Of a stretch of DNA of 64,000 nt, positions 1-13,210 are shown in pieces. The stretch's first letter is position 1. Each line of letters starts with the position of its first letter. The notes below the pieces were generated by a model. That model was given only the letters and a program-made list of their open reading frames with translations. It had not been told where the DNA came from and did no database searches. Origin of the DNA: Vicugna vicugna. Taxonomy: Eukaryota. The translations under genes were made by a program, and so were the position numbers. Location: assembly GCA_013265495.1 (NCBI GenBank), contig MU058213.1, forward strand, positions 496,001 to 560,000. The letters are read 5' to 3'.

Positions 1-824
1 TATATTTCAGTTGTGCTTATACTGTCAGTTTCTTAAGATCTTAGATCTTTAAAACAAGCAAAACAACAGCTTTTATGTACCTCTTCCATACTACTAGATT
101 GAGATTGATCCAGAGCTGGTTACCATGTATTTCCTGATGAATAAGCTAATGATGTATTTGAATTTTAAATGGCTTTTCTATGGGTTGAGTTAATGGAGGC
201 AACGTCATTTCAGTAGCAGTTGCAGCCTGAGCAAGTTATAGAGAGCTTATTATTTTTTTGTATATTGATTTGGTCAAAATAGATGTAAATATATATACAT
301 GTATATGTATAAGCCATGCATTTTAGTTTTCATCTTTTTACTACACTACTCCAGTTCAGTCCTTTTTGACACTCAATTCCTGAATTTGTCTTAGAACAAT
401 TTCTAAGGAGACAAGTCAGTTCTTTTTTCTTCCAGATTTTATTGATTGACAACACAATAAAATGATAACATTATTTTTAAAAGAAGTTCACCTTAACCAT
501 ATTACTCTAATGACACTGTTTCATTTTTCATTTCCTGCCAGGCTTTGCTCATCCACATACATATTTTTATATGGCTGTAATCACAATGTACATGTCCTTT
601 TCTGTGGTAACCGGTGAGCGCTGTCTTCTGTACGTGGGTCACCTTTGTCATTAAAGTCAAATAAGGCTAGAGATGGAGATGAGACCACTAGGGGACTTAG
701 TGGGAAATCTTGAATTCAAAGTTTAATTGAAATAGAAGCAGAACAAAGTTAAGATTTTCAAAGACAGAGTTATACTTTATGAAAATGCAGGACAATTTTG
801 GGTTTTTTGTTATTTCTCTCTTTT

Positions 825-1124
825 TAATGTATAATAGCTTTATTGAAATATACTTTAAATACCATACAATTCACCCATTTAAAGTGTACAAGACAATGGA
901 TTTCAGTATATTCACAGAATTGTGCAGCCATCACCACAATTCATTTTAGAACATTTTCATCACACCACAAAAAAAAATCCCTTTCCCTTTAGTAGTCACT
1001 GCCCACTTCCTCCCAGCACCCCCAGCCATAGGCAGCCATTCTGCCTTCTGTCTCTATGAATTTGCCTATTCTGAACATTTCATATAAATCATACAATACA
1101 TAGTCTTTTGTTACTGACTTCTTT
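825..1124 (-). mobile_element. Old L1 (L1MB-like) 3' end fragment
   Basis: TTTATTGAAATATA...CAATTCACCCATTTAAAGTGTAC...GAATTTGCCTATTCTGAACATTTCATATAAAT resembles the reverse complement of the L1MB 3' UTR as I recall it; boundaries approximate. Confidence 0.75.
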
Positions 1125-1139
1125 TGCCCTTATACTCTT

Positions 1140-1233
1140 TTTTTTTTTTTGAGAATATAAGAGGGGTTTATTAGGGTACAACTCTGCTGTAGGCAACAGC
1201 GGACCACACAGATGGGAGGTGCCTGTGTGAGCC
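1140..1233 (-). mobile_element. Short L1-mediated polyadenylated insertion of unknown origin
   Basis: Perfect 15-bp direct repeat TGCCCTTATACTCTT at 1125-1139 and 1234-1248; poly(T) to 1150; TTTATT (minus-strand AATAAA) at 1167-1172. Confidence 0.8.
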
Positions 1234-1259
1234 TGCCCTTATACTCTTAATAGTTCTTT

Positions 1260-1318
1260 GTTTTCTTTTCTTTTCTTTTCTTTTCTTTTCTTTTCTTTTC
1301 TTTTCTTTTCTTTTCTTT

Positions 1319-1362
<44 letters not shown>

Positions 1363-1365
1363 TTT
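1260..1365. repeat. Compound (TTTTC)n(TTTC)n microsatellite
   Basis: Directly visible; explains the low-complexity ORFs 1171-1389 and 1258-1476. Confidence 0.97.
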
Positions 1366-1440
1366 GTAAGGATTGTATTTTATTCTCAACTGGTATTTTT
1401 GTTGCCTTTAAGAACTTTGCATCTAGACAAATTGTCTTTC

Positions 1441-1509
1441 TTTTTTTTTTGTTTTACTTTTTTTATTGAAGTATAGTCAGTTTACAATGTTGTGTCAATT
1501 TCTGGTGAT
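1441..1509 (-). mobile_element. Strongly 5'-truncated lineage-specific L1 3' end
   Basis: TTTTTATTGAAGTATAGTCAGTTTACAATGTTGTGTCAATTTCTGGTG; similar ends recur near 23595, 42590, 52550 and 57925, and at the ends of the longer L1s at 33345 and 46445. Confidence 0.8.
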
Positions 1510-4500
1510 TAGTTCTTTTTGAGAATCATTGAAATACAGGTTAGGTTCCTCCACCCATGTGCGTACTTTTTGACCTGTAGAGATACACTCCCTCAGGTAT
1601 GTATACTCAAACACCTACACCTACTTGCTAAGGAAGAAACACAAACACACCAAGACAAGCTTACAAACTAAGATAACTGATACACAAAGATAACCCTTTA
1701 CAAGTAAACGGTTTCACATCTGGGCATATCTAAGCACTGATATCACTACAAGACACACAAGTGAACACAATTCCTGACGTGTTTGTGAGAAAATGGGTGA
1801 AAATGTGCTAAGCTGGGAGGAAATGAGGCCTGAGTGGACAAGAGTGAATGAGAGCGTGGTGGCAAATTGGGTTTATTTCTAAAGCATTCTCCTGGGGTTT
1901 AAAACACTTACTAGAGCTTATAGTTTTTTAAGCCAGGAGCAATTGTCTGATATGTATGTATTATTTCATATGTATATAGACTTGTGGGTAAGATTGTTGT
2001 AGTTCCTTAAGCCTATAATATAGCAGCCCCTTTGAGCACGATATCATTCATTGTAAAGTAGGGAATTTCCATGTGGAAAATTATAGCCAGCAAAATGTTT
2101 TGGTTCCCTGGGTGTGATGCTGTCATTTTAAAGATGAGTTGTTAGGCAGTATTTCCTTGATATGCGTACCAGTGAAAAGAGAGGAGGCCCCTCAGATGTA
2201 TCCATTATAGGTCTGGCATCCTCAGCCTTTATTCTGGGGCAAGCATGGCAAGATTAGATACAACCCCAGGATTTATTTCTGTTCATGGTGGGCAACTATT
2301 AACCCAAGTTGTATTTTTAAAGAACTGTTCTCTTTTTTTCCTCCCATCTTTGTTTCCTCTTTATTTTAATGGCCACTGGGGTGCTAGATTTGCTTGGCAA
2401 GAGAGGGAGTGGGTGGGGTGGGATTGGGGACAGGGGGAAGTGGGGAAAACTTAATTTGATTGGGAAATATCAATAAGTGATTATTTAAAAGTCACCCCCC
2501 TCCCCTGCTGCCCCTGTTTTTCCACTTGTTTGTCCCTAAGATCTGCAGTTTCTTGGAGAAAATCACAGAACCACACACAAATGGACCTTGTCAGATTTGC
2601 ACATTTTTACCTCTGCAAGGCCTTCAGTGCATTTCGGCCTTTCTGTTAGCTATCAGCACGCCCTCTATACCTGCTTTTTCTTTGCCAGTTTTCTTGAGCC
2701 TCCATTCCTCCCCCTGGTCAAACGATCTCTCTTCCTACTCTCCAGGACATTGGACCGCTTCCTAACTGATCTCCTGGGTATAGTTTGCGTTCCACCAGAG
2801 GACCCCTCATCACCGCGTTCAGCTTCTTAGTTAGCCTTTCCTTCTGCATATCCTCTGCTCTCTCTTTTTCCACTGCCAGATAGGAGTTCTGGCCTATATC
2901 TCCTTTTGGGTAGGATACCAGGGGAGCCTCTTCAAAGAACTGTTGTTTGAACTGGTCTCTGAAAGATGTAAAAGGATTTGAGCATGAGAAAAGTGAACAG
3001 TGTAATCTGGGGGCTGGAGGCAGAAGAGCGTGGAGTGTTTTACTTTGGCTGTAATACGGGGTGTGGGAAGATCATGCCTTCCCCTTTACTTTTCTTCCTG
3101 TGCTTTCCCTGGCTCCCTTCCCATCCTCCTCCCACCCCTTTTGAGCATGTACTTTGATCTCTCTACATGGTATACTGCTCCTCCCCCCTCTATCTAGCTA
3201 CATCTGTCCTTCCCTGACCACCCACGGGAAGTGATCTCTGAACTTCTGTAGCACTAATTGCCAGTACCGTTCTTTTGTCAGTTAATTATATACTGCCTTG
3301 ATTTAAAAAAGCAAAAACTTTATGTGCATGTCCCATTTTCCCAAATAGAGTTTATTAATAAAGTCAAGGCTCTTAGGTCTCTGGGAACACCACCCACTTA
3401 AGCTAGCCTACTAGAAGGTTCGATGCCAGGCTTGGGAGTTGTAGTGGGTTGTTAGTTAAGGCAGGCGAGCTCCTTGAAATGAACTAGAGCTGGAACCCAG
3501 GGCCGGGTGCTCGGAAAGTCCCTGTCCTTCCTCCCTCTGACTGCAGTTTGCATGGACTCTTCGGCTTCTTTCTGTGCCTCTGCTCCATTCCAGGACAGCA
3601 ATTTGGATTTTTAAAAATACTGTGCATTACAATTATTATCTATCTTGATTACTGAGTTTCTTGGTGTCCTGTTCAATTTTGCACCTGAAGCAAATGCCCC
3701 AGCCCTACTCCATTCTCCTTTATCAACTGGCTTTCTCTTGGCTTCTGCTTTTCCCTTAGCTTCAGCGTGAATGTGACTTTCATTTGCACTGGTGCTTGCT
3801 GTGATGCTACCTCCAGACGAGACTGGGTGATACAGGATCTTTCAACTTAAGTTTTGTTTCTCAGCTTTCCAAATTCCTGGAGAAGGACTGGATTTGACCT
3901 ATCTTGCTTGGGCTAAGGGTACCTCCTGTACCAAACATCTATGGGGTAAGGGGCATTGCTTAGGCTGAGCACTTCACAGCACCTGGGGAAGGGTGGTCCC
4001 AGACAAGGGGTTTGAGGTTGGTCATCCCCAAATAGCTTACTTTGGTACCAGAGGTCAGAGGGAAGTGACCATGTCTTACAGTTTTTGTGTCTGCACTGCA
4101 TCTAAGAGATTAACTGCTGTAAAGTAGGTGTGTCTCTTATTTAGTATTTGTTTTTTGCTATGACTCTCTGACCTTTTGACCATTAGGATTAACTTTTGGA
4201 CATAACAAGCTAATCAGAGCAATAGTTTTAATGTTAAAAATAAATTACTGAAATTTGATCACTATTTAAAAGATTTCTACTTTTAGAGCAATTTTTAAAC
4301 TAGAACTATTTTTAAACATTTTTGAAATTTATTTCCAAGTTGAAAAAGAATAGGGGAATAGAATATTGATAATCAATTAAATAAAAAGTGATAATAAGTC
4401 TTTACTGACTCTGCCCCCCAGCCCAATTAGGACATGGTAAAATCAGATAGTCTCATCTTTGATCTCAAATCTGAGTCCCACCTCCTTATTTTGTTATACA

Positions 4501-7500
4501 TTTAGTATCTGCTTTGTTGCAGGCACAGTGTTGGGCTGATAATAAAAAAGTAAGTGCCTGCCCTCAAAGGGCTCACAGCCTATGAGGAAACAACTGATTA
4601 TAATATGATGAGATAAATATTGATAGAAGTGTGAGCAGACTGGTGACTTAATACCTCTCTTTATTGCTTTTTTTGTGTACATTCGTCTCTCACTTTTTTA
4701 TATTCTCTTTTTCAGTCTTCATCTCTCACCCAGTCTCTGCCATTCATTATCTGTGTTATATGGATCACAGTATAGTAATATCTCATTTACCTAGCATGAA
4801 GTAATGAAGCATGAAGTAATGAAGTATTCCTTCATTTGAAGACAATGACTTTACTAGCTAAAATGTATCAGACACTTGCTCTTTGTCAAGAACTGTTCTG
4901 AGTGATTTGTATGTATTCATTTGATGGATTAATATATCAGCCCCACTAGTTAGGTACTATTATTATTCTTATTTTACAGATGAGAAAGTGGAGAGACAAA
5001 AGGTAGTTCACTGTCTTCCCAGGATTACAAATAGAAGGGCTATAAGAAGGTGATCTTTTTAAAAAATTGATTTTAGATGTCATTTTTGGTAAAATGCATT
5101 CTAAAGCTTTTCCTGGTCTTCTTAAATGAGGTTCTTCAAACTCAATTTAACCAAGATGATTTGGAGGATGTAGTATGTAGAATTCATTGTGTGCATCAAG
5201 TACTATTGTGTGCTGCTGACTTGCCTTCTGAGGTTTATAGGCTATTGGTAATTACATTAAATTGTCCCCCACTTTCATGTTTTAGTTGCTTTATAGTTTT
5301 TCCTTCTCTTTTCCCTCCAGCTGTGGCTTCTTGTTGCCAGTTACTGCCATTTCAGTAACTTGCTTCTGTAAATGTGTAGTGTGTAGTGACATGGTAGGAA
5401 GTATTTTATAGAGGTAGTATGATACAGGGTAAAAAGCGTGGATTTTGGGGTGAGGTTCACATCTCACATTCATTGTTGAGAAAGAAGTTATGTGTCCTTG
5501 GGCAGACTCTTTATCCTGAGCCTCAGTTTATTCATCTATGAAATGGGGATAGCAACTTTTGCAGAATTTATTATAAGGAGATGTATTTGATAAAGTATCT
5601 GGCGCATAAGAGGTATGCAAATAAAAGTTGATTCCTTTATGTTTATCTTCATTATAATGGAATATGGCCCCGTTGTTACTCTGAGAAGCTCAAGTAAATG
5701 AAAGAAATTTGTTTCTCAGATGTAAGAAAGATATAGACAGTTTTATTCTGTCACTTAAAAACATTAGTTTACAGGTGGTACATAAGTGTTAATTTGAGAA
5801 GTATTATCCTAAACTCCTATTTTGGGTCCTTGTACTAAGCTATCAGCAACCTCTCCTCTGCATTAAATTAAGTTGCCTTTTACTTCTTCCTGTGTGGCTT
5901 TCTTATTTCCCTTGTTTGCTATTAAAGGAAAAATATCCTTTAGCCCTTTTTGAAAGAACCTGTGCCAAGGCAGACTTTATGACCCTGGGGGAGGTAAACT
6001 AAGCTTCTTGGCCAATAGCAGTGATTTCTAAGACTTCCTTTCTTTCATCAGTTCTGCTTTTTTTCAGCTACCACCCTCTTAAATAGTCATTTGTTTTTCT
6101 TTGCACCCCCACCCCCTTCCATTTTTCCTTTCGCAGAAACTATCCCCACTAGCTGTGTGGTTCTCATTCTTTCAGTAGTTTTATATGATTCGAGTTTTAT
6201 TGTATGTGGATATATATGTCTCAAAGGCTATATTCTGGTAATTTTCATTGTTTATAGGAAACTCTCCTATCTTAATATGATAAAAAAAAATTTCAGTTTT
6301 TGCACTAGAGGTTTTGTGCCTTCTGTCTTGAAACCCTAATGAAAACCTGCAATACTCTCTCCTTACTGGACTGTCAGATGGTTCGCCACGTGAAAATAAA
6401 TACTCCAGCTCAAGTCACCAAAATTTTTTTTAAACAGTTACTGAGGCATGATTTACGTATCATAAAATTCATACATTGTAAGTATATAATTCAATAATAG
6501 GAAATAACTTTATCTATCCCATACTCTTTAGCGCTGTCTTTAGTCTGTAAGAGAACAGTCATCTTGCCCTTTCCCCTTTTTGTTCACAGGATCCCTTTCG
6601 GTGAATTGTGTGGGTGTTGCGCCTGGCTGCCACCTGGTTCCTTACAAGTACCCCACCTGTTGGTTATTGCTTCAGTTATTCATTCTGGATATCATAGACC
6701 CTCATTAACAGTGAGTTCTCTACAGTTAGGACACAGGGTCAAAGTGGTGGGACAGTGCCATTTTCCTGAAGAATGGCTCCTTTTTGCCATTAGCCGAGGG
6801 AACTCATTCTCTCATCTTAGTTATTCTCCCCCTGATGAGAACTGTACTCTAACTCCAGGGCTGTCCATCTTTTTGGTTGGCCCTGTGTCTCCCACCTCCC
6901 CCTTGACACCTCAGGACGCGTTATGCAAACTGTAGGTGTGTGCCTCCTCAAACATTATAGCTGTTTCTCCATGTTAGTGTGAAAATTAATATAATTGCTA
7001 TAGCAAAGCATGGTATGTCCCCAGTCCCCTGAAATTGATTAGAGTAAAACAAATGCTATCCCTGAAAATCACAACTGTGCTGTTTCTCTGAAGCTGTGTA
7101 TGAAATGCTTCACTGTGCAGGCGTGAGGTGTGGTCCACTGGGGAGCATGCGTTCACAGCAGGCGAACACCCGAATCAATGGCAAGTACTGGGGCTAAATG
7201 GTGTGGTGCATCCTGACCATGGTTGACCTTCAGAGTGAAAGATTGAGTAGGGTTGGAGGAGCTAGGAAAGGCTTTGGAGAACCTGGACTTGAGCTAGTCT
7301 TTGAAGGGCATGCAGAGTTTGGATAGAATGGAGAAGTGAAGTTTGGGGCTGAGGTAGGGAGGATTGTTGAGGAGAAGTGCAGAGCATCATGGGAAACAAA
7401 GGAGGCAAGGAGGTGAAGGTGAATTCAGAATATTTGTGAGACCCTGAGGAAGCCAGCCTGATTAGAGCCCAGGATTCCTAGTGATTGTTAATGAAAGTAG

Positions 7501-10500
7501 GAAGGTGGAGTTTTATCAAAATCACCCAAGAAACTGTCAAAATACAAGCACGTATAAGCACAAATAAGAAAAAATTCTCAGCAAAGGGATGAAATGTAAG
7601 AGCACTGTTTCCAGAGGCACAGTCGGGTGACTGTGAGCAAGGTCATCAGGCAGGAAAGCAAAAGCTTAGAGTCAGGCAAGGACTCTGCTTGTCCCTGGGA
7701 GCATTGTTTTTACTTCCTGTCTTTATAAGGCTCCAGAAGTTTCCCTGGGTACTGGAACCATTCCTAGGAAAGGGCAGGGTCCAGAAACACAAGGCTTTGA
7801 AGGCCTGCACAGAACTTCAGAACAGTTAAAATGATCTCTCTTGATATTTCCTTAGGGAAAAGGAAAAAACACCCCAGCACTGGCCCAACCCAAGTTTCAG
7901 AGTTTCAATTATACAGGGCCTTTGGTCCCAAGCTGTGGAGCTTGGGAGAATATATAATTATATGTCTCTTTGAACAATTTTTAATATTTTTCATATAAAT
8001 CATTAGGCTTTTTTTCAACTTAATTAATGTTCTGGAATTATTTTCATGGGGCTCTTTGATGGCTAATGCTTTTTGTTGTTTTGCTTTTCCACCAAAGCAC
8101 TTTTTGCTGTTACCTGCAGATGGCATGCATAATATTTGTTACTGTTTTTTCATACATGGCAGTAAAATGCAACAAATGATTAAGTTCTTTAAATTAAAAA
8201 TAAAATGAATGCACATAATACAGAACTCAAAAGGGACCACTGGATATCTAGCGAACACTCTCCCTTTATTTTTAGCTCTCTAGTTTGTCTCAGGTTCTTG
8301 TGGATCCTTCCGGAGTTATTCCCAAGGCACTTATTTTTGAAAGTTGAGTGATCTTAGACTTTTAGGTTTGGAAGGCCCATAGGGGTCATTTGTTAACCAT
8401 TACTGTTTCTTGTGGTAATAGAGAAAAGTGGGCAAGATTTGAGGAATGGACCTGGATGAGTGAATGGGGTTGAGTGACCTCTCTAAAATTTCTTAGAATA
8501 TCACCATCTGAAACTAAAGCCTTTATGAAGCCTGTTTTCCAAAGGTCTCTTCCCTAAATTCCAAATCTATTTTTCTAATCTTTTTTCCTTGTTCTAAAGT
8601 CTGATATCTTACAGTACTATCCTACACTTGAGTGTCTTGGTTTTAAATTTTAATTAAAATAGAGACAGTAGATTAGATACTTTTAAATTTATTTTTAAAA
8701 AAGAAAATGAAACAAAGAACAAGGCAGAAGTCCATGTGCTACTTTATACTTTATTACTATATTAATAAAATTTGGTTTTAACTTTGTGATTAAATTTTTT
8801 TGCATTCATTCCTATGATTTATGATGTATTGGGAATTCATGTTTTCATAGAAGCATTTCTAATTTTATTATGGGAATTTAGGAAATGATCTGTAAAAATT
8901 TGCTTTATTTGGCAACTTTTCAGGAAAGCATTTATTAATATGGTCATTCCACTTTAGCTTCTTTTTCCCTAGTTCACAAAAACCTTGGCCCATGTTTGAC
9001 TTCATTATTTACTTTTTTCGCTGCTTGTCTGTTCTGGTTTTTCAAGTCACTTTCCTAAAGTATTTCACTTTAGTATTTTTGTGCTTAGCTATCATGATTC
9101 AGCTATCATATTCTTCCTTTCTTCTTACGCATTGTTCATCTTGGCAGTGATGAGGAAGAGTTACCATTTTTTCCTCCATGATTGGGTTAAATATTGCTTC
9201 CGTAAGATGATAGGCTTTGAGAGCTAGAAGAGATCTGAAGCCATGGAGCCCCGGTATGAAGTCTATGAATAGGCTTCTTTAGGCAAATAGAATTTGCCAC
9301 TTCTCATCTGCTGGTAGTGACTGCCTAAGGATGGAGGCAGAATTTACACTCAGTGGGGAAAGGGCTGTTTGATTTGCCTTGTCTATCGTGGACCTGGAGG
9401 AGCCTGGTCAGAACTGGGGCATGTATTGGTTATTCTTCATTTAGTCTGGGAAAACTGAGAAGTGAAGTAACTTGCTCAAAGTCACGGGGTCCTGAAGTCC
9501 ATAGATCTACTGACTCCCAGCTCAATGCCAGGAGCCAAGTGCTAGGCTTTTACTCCTTAAGAATTCTGGAGTTCCTTCTGGATGCTTTGTTTTGCTTTGT
9601 TTTTCCTCCTTGAGTGGTAATTGAATTCTATTGAGTATTTTAGTTTGTTGCAGTTTGTTGTATCTTTAGGAAAGACTCAGAAGTATTCATCAGACAGTCT
9701 AAAGGTAGAAGATTCTCCTTATTCTAGCAAATAAAGGGGGTTTGAGTTATATTGTCTAGCTAAAAATAACTTTTTTCATTTTTTTAAGACTGAAAAACTT
9801 GCTATCTTATCCTCATTGCAATCCAGCCAGACCCACCCTCCCAAAAAGTGGGGGAGTAGAATTTTATTAGAAGGAATGAATTTATTAGAGCAAGATCAAA
9901 ACAAAACCTGATCTAGAAGGATTAAAACACTAGCAAAATAAGATAAGGTAGGGAGATACTTTAATTACTTTTTATTTTAGACATTTATGAACTATACTAT
10001 CTGGTATTTTGGCCAAGATCATGCATTATTTTGCATTTGCAAACACAAATAACACAATACACAACACAAAGGATAGTAGCTATATACTGTGTGTATGTTA
10101 GTATTTATTTTATGATCACTGATTTGGGAAATCTTCATATTAAAAAGTATCCTCTGACATTTTCCACATCTTGTTGGCTTATTTTGGTGGTTTAGATTAG
10201 TTCTGATAATCCCTTAGGGCACTTTTATCTCGTGTTTTGCCGAAACTTTGCCTTTTTAAAGTCTCTAGAGTGCTGGGACAGCTTTCCTACAAAATATTTT
10301 GATGACTTATTAACTACGAATCAGCAGGTCTTCAAGTATTGCCAACAGCAATTAGGTACATCTTCATCGAGGCACATTTTGTTGAGAATAGTTGATTTCT
10401 CCCAGAGTAGTTTCCTCATTTGGAGGTCTGTTTTTCTATATAAACACATTTTTTTGTTGAACAGTGATGCACTTCTTAATCCTTACTGTGGCACAACTGT

Positions 10501-12807
10501 TGTTACATAGCATTGCTAGAGAACAGGGTTCTGCATACCCACGGATGTAAAAAGGGAGTGGAGAAAGAGAAGAGACATCCATCCCAGTGATGGGTTCTTT
10601 TCAGTGTGCCACCTGTGCTGTGCTCTTATGATGGAAGGTGGCAGGCGAGGGTCTGAGGGAGAATCAGATTTACTTTCACTATATGCTCAAGTTTACTGGT
10701 CACCACTTTTGCATATTGAATGAGTTCAACAGTGTATCTAAAGAAAACTTTTAAAGTGTTGAGTTTGAATCTACATTTAACATTAACCCTACGATTGAAT
10801 GTTACAGTCTCTGTGCCCTGTTTGTGCCATGTCTTTGATTCCTGAGATCTTTTAAATTCCAGTTTGAGGAATGTTCATAAAGTGGGGAGAGAGAACGACA
10901 ATCTGCTCAATGCAATTTTCTGAAATTCTTTCCCCCTCCTTCCCGTGGCCCCCTTCCTCTCCCTGTGTCCTACTGTCCTCCAGTCCAGTGCCTCCCTTCC
11001 CCAGGACAGCACATTAAATGTGACAGGCTCTTAGTCAGTGTATACAAATATATATTCATTTGAAGATGGGGAAATTGGTAAGGCTGAGAAAGAGTATTTC
11101 AGAATGATGGAAAAACTCTGGTCTAAAGTCCAGGAAGAGATGAAACTGAGGAACAGTGATGCCGTTCACCTTTTGTTCACTGCATAAAACTCAATTTGAT
11201 CTCGGCATGATTTCTGTTAGACCCAGCCTAGTTTATTTTAGAACTTTGTGTATAGTTCAGTGCTTACTAACTCAGTGTATTAAGACAAATCTTGCAAGAG
11301 GAAGAATGAGTCATAACGATACTTCCTTTGGGAGGGAAAGAGAAAGAAAATCCTCAGTCTGTACATTATATACTTGGAATGGATTCAGCATTTTGATTGA
11401 TGGTTAAGCACTGATAAGCTTTCCCTGCAAGCCACCTCATATCATATTTGGTTTTGTCCACAGTATAACTGGTGGAAGGATCTTTTAGGTTAACCAGCAG
11501 AGATAAGGAGTTCTATAACTTTATTACCCTGAGAGACTTATGTCATTTCTATTTTAAGATTTTTTTGAGTTTGCAACAACTTTTAGAAAAGCTTGAACAT
11601 TTCCTAGTCTACCCAGTCTATTAAACAAACAAACCAAAAAGAAGACTGAAAAACATTTGGTGGTAAGAAACTGGGTATGCTAAAGGGTGTGGCTGGTGTG
11701 GCATTTATCTAAGCACAGAATGGATTCTTCTCTGACCTCACCTTGTATCTCTGATGCTGCAACTCCACCGAGAAGAATAAAAAGAGATGAGGTGGGCTAT
11801 GACTGGGAGGCGGTTTGACTGCTTGGAGGTAGAAAAGGAAGTGGAGGTATTATTCACATGGGAGCCACAAAGTCTTTCAGTAGAGTCTTGAAAGATTGAA
11901 GTGCTATGAGTAACCTCTGAAGTATTTCTCTTAATAGTCACAAAAATGACTTGGCTGCTTTCTACTTTAAGGTTGCCCTCATTAACCTGCTTCCAATTAA
12001 ATCTATTCTTTGTTGTGGCCCTAACAAGTTTTTTCTGGACTACCCTCAGACTTCAGACTTTATTTTCTTTCCTTGTTCTTTTGAGATCTGTAGATCCCAA
12101 AATAAATCAACGTGACATCAGTAGCAATGGCAGGAAAGACAGGGCTACTTAGCTAATCTCATACCTGTTGAGGGTTAGTAAGTTTCCAGGGAACTTTTAC
12201 ACAGAATAGTCAACCACTGTTTTCCCAAACTTATGTGTGCAGAGCAACTACGTCACTCAGATCTATGTCCACATCTGGTCAATCATAGCATCCTAAGAAC
12301 TCCACAAAAATCATTAGTGTACTGCCTTTTAGCTTCATTGTATAGAAAGGCAGTGAACAGAATAGAAGGATAGATTTAGCATCCAGTTTATTTCCTTTAA
12401 AAAAGTATTGTTACTGCAAAAGTAATACGCATTATATACAACTAAAATAAAATGGTTTTCATTTTTTAGATGGTAAATACTGTATGCATAGTGCTTTGAA
12501 TGCAGTTAACATTAAGAACATTTTCTGGTTATAATTAGTGTTACCTAGAATCATAAGCTCATGAAAGGGAAATAGGACTCCTAAACGCCCTTGCAGTTGA
12601 GGATTGGCTGCACATTATCCTTGACAGATATTCACACTCAGCTTGTGCTTTAGCAATGCCAGATAACTTTCTTTACTCCCACCTTCTCCATTGAAGAAAA
12701 TGTTCCTCAAACCAACAGAGATGAAACTAAAGGCTGACATTAAATAGGAGAGCATTTAGTTGCTTTAAATGTTAAAATCTCCAGGTAGAGAGAACTTTTT
12801 TTTTTTT

Positions 12808-13037
12808 CATCATATCATTCCATTTATGTGAAACTTCCGGAACAGGCAAATCCATCCAGACAGAAAGTAGTCTGGGGGTGCGAGGGGCTGGGGGGTACTG
12901 CTAACAGATGTGGGGTCTCCTTTTGGGGTGACTCACAACAGTGTGAATGTACTAAATAACCCTGAATGGTACACTTGCCAGTGGTCAAAATGGTGAATTT
13001 CACATTATGCGATTTTATCTCGATAAAAAAATTTTTT
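12808..13037 (+). mobile_element. Old L1MB-like 3' end carried inside the 3' part of the FAM50A retrocopy
   Basis: ATTCCATTTATGTGAAACTTCCGGAACAGGCAAATCCATCCAGACAGAAAGTAG...TGTGAATGTACTAA...GGTGAATTTCACATTATGCGATTTTATCTCGATAAAAAA resembles the reverse complement of the L1MB-like copies at 825-1124 and 57395-57700. Confidence 0.8.
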
Positions 13038-13210
13038 TCAATGAAACAGTGCAGGTGCTCCAACTGACATGGACGTTTCTTTATCATAAAAGAAAAAAGC
13101 AGTAATGACAGTGCCGGGGCAGCAGATGATTGGCCCATCCTGTCTCAGAGAGAGGGCCAGGTGCCCAGAGTCCTGGAGCGTGGGGAAAGGGGGACCGTGC
13201 ACCTCCACCT

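Noticed and set aside
1171..1476. Lys/Arg/Glu-rich and Phe/Ser-rich ORFs
   Set aside because: Translations of the (TTTTC)n(TTTC)n microsatellite.
4794..4826. 15-bp tandem duplication AGCATGAAGTAATGA
   Set aside because: Simple slippage duplication with no further structure.
7534..7905. Possible additional solo LTR
   Set aside because: LTR-like feel, but I could not fix termini, TSD or family.
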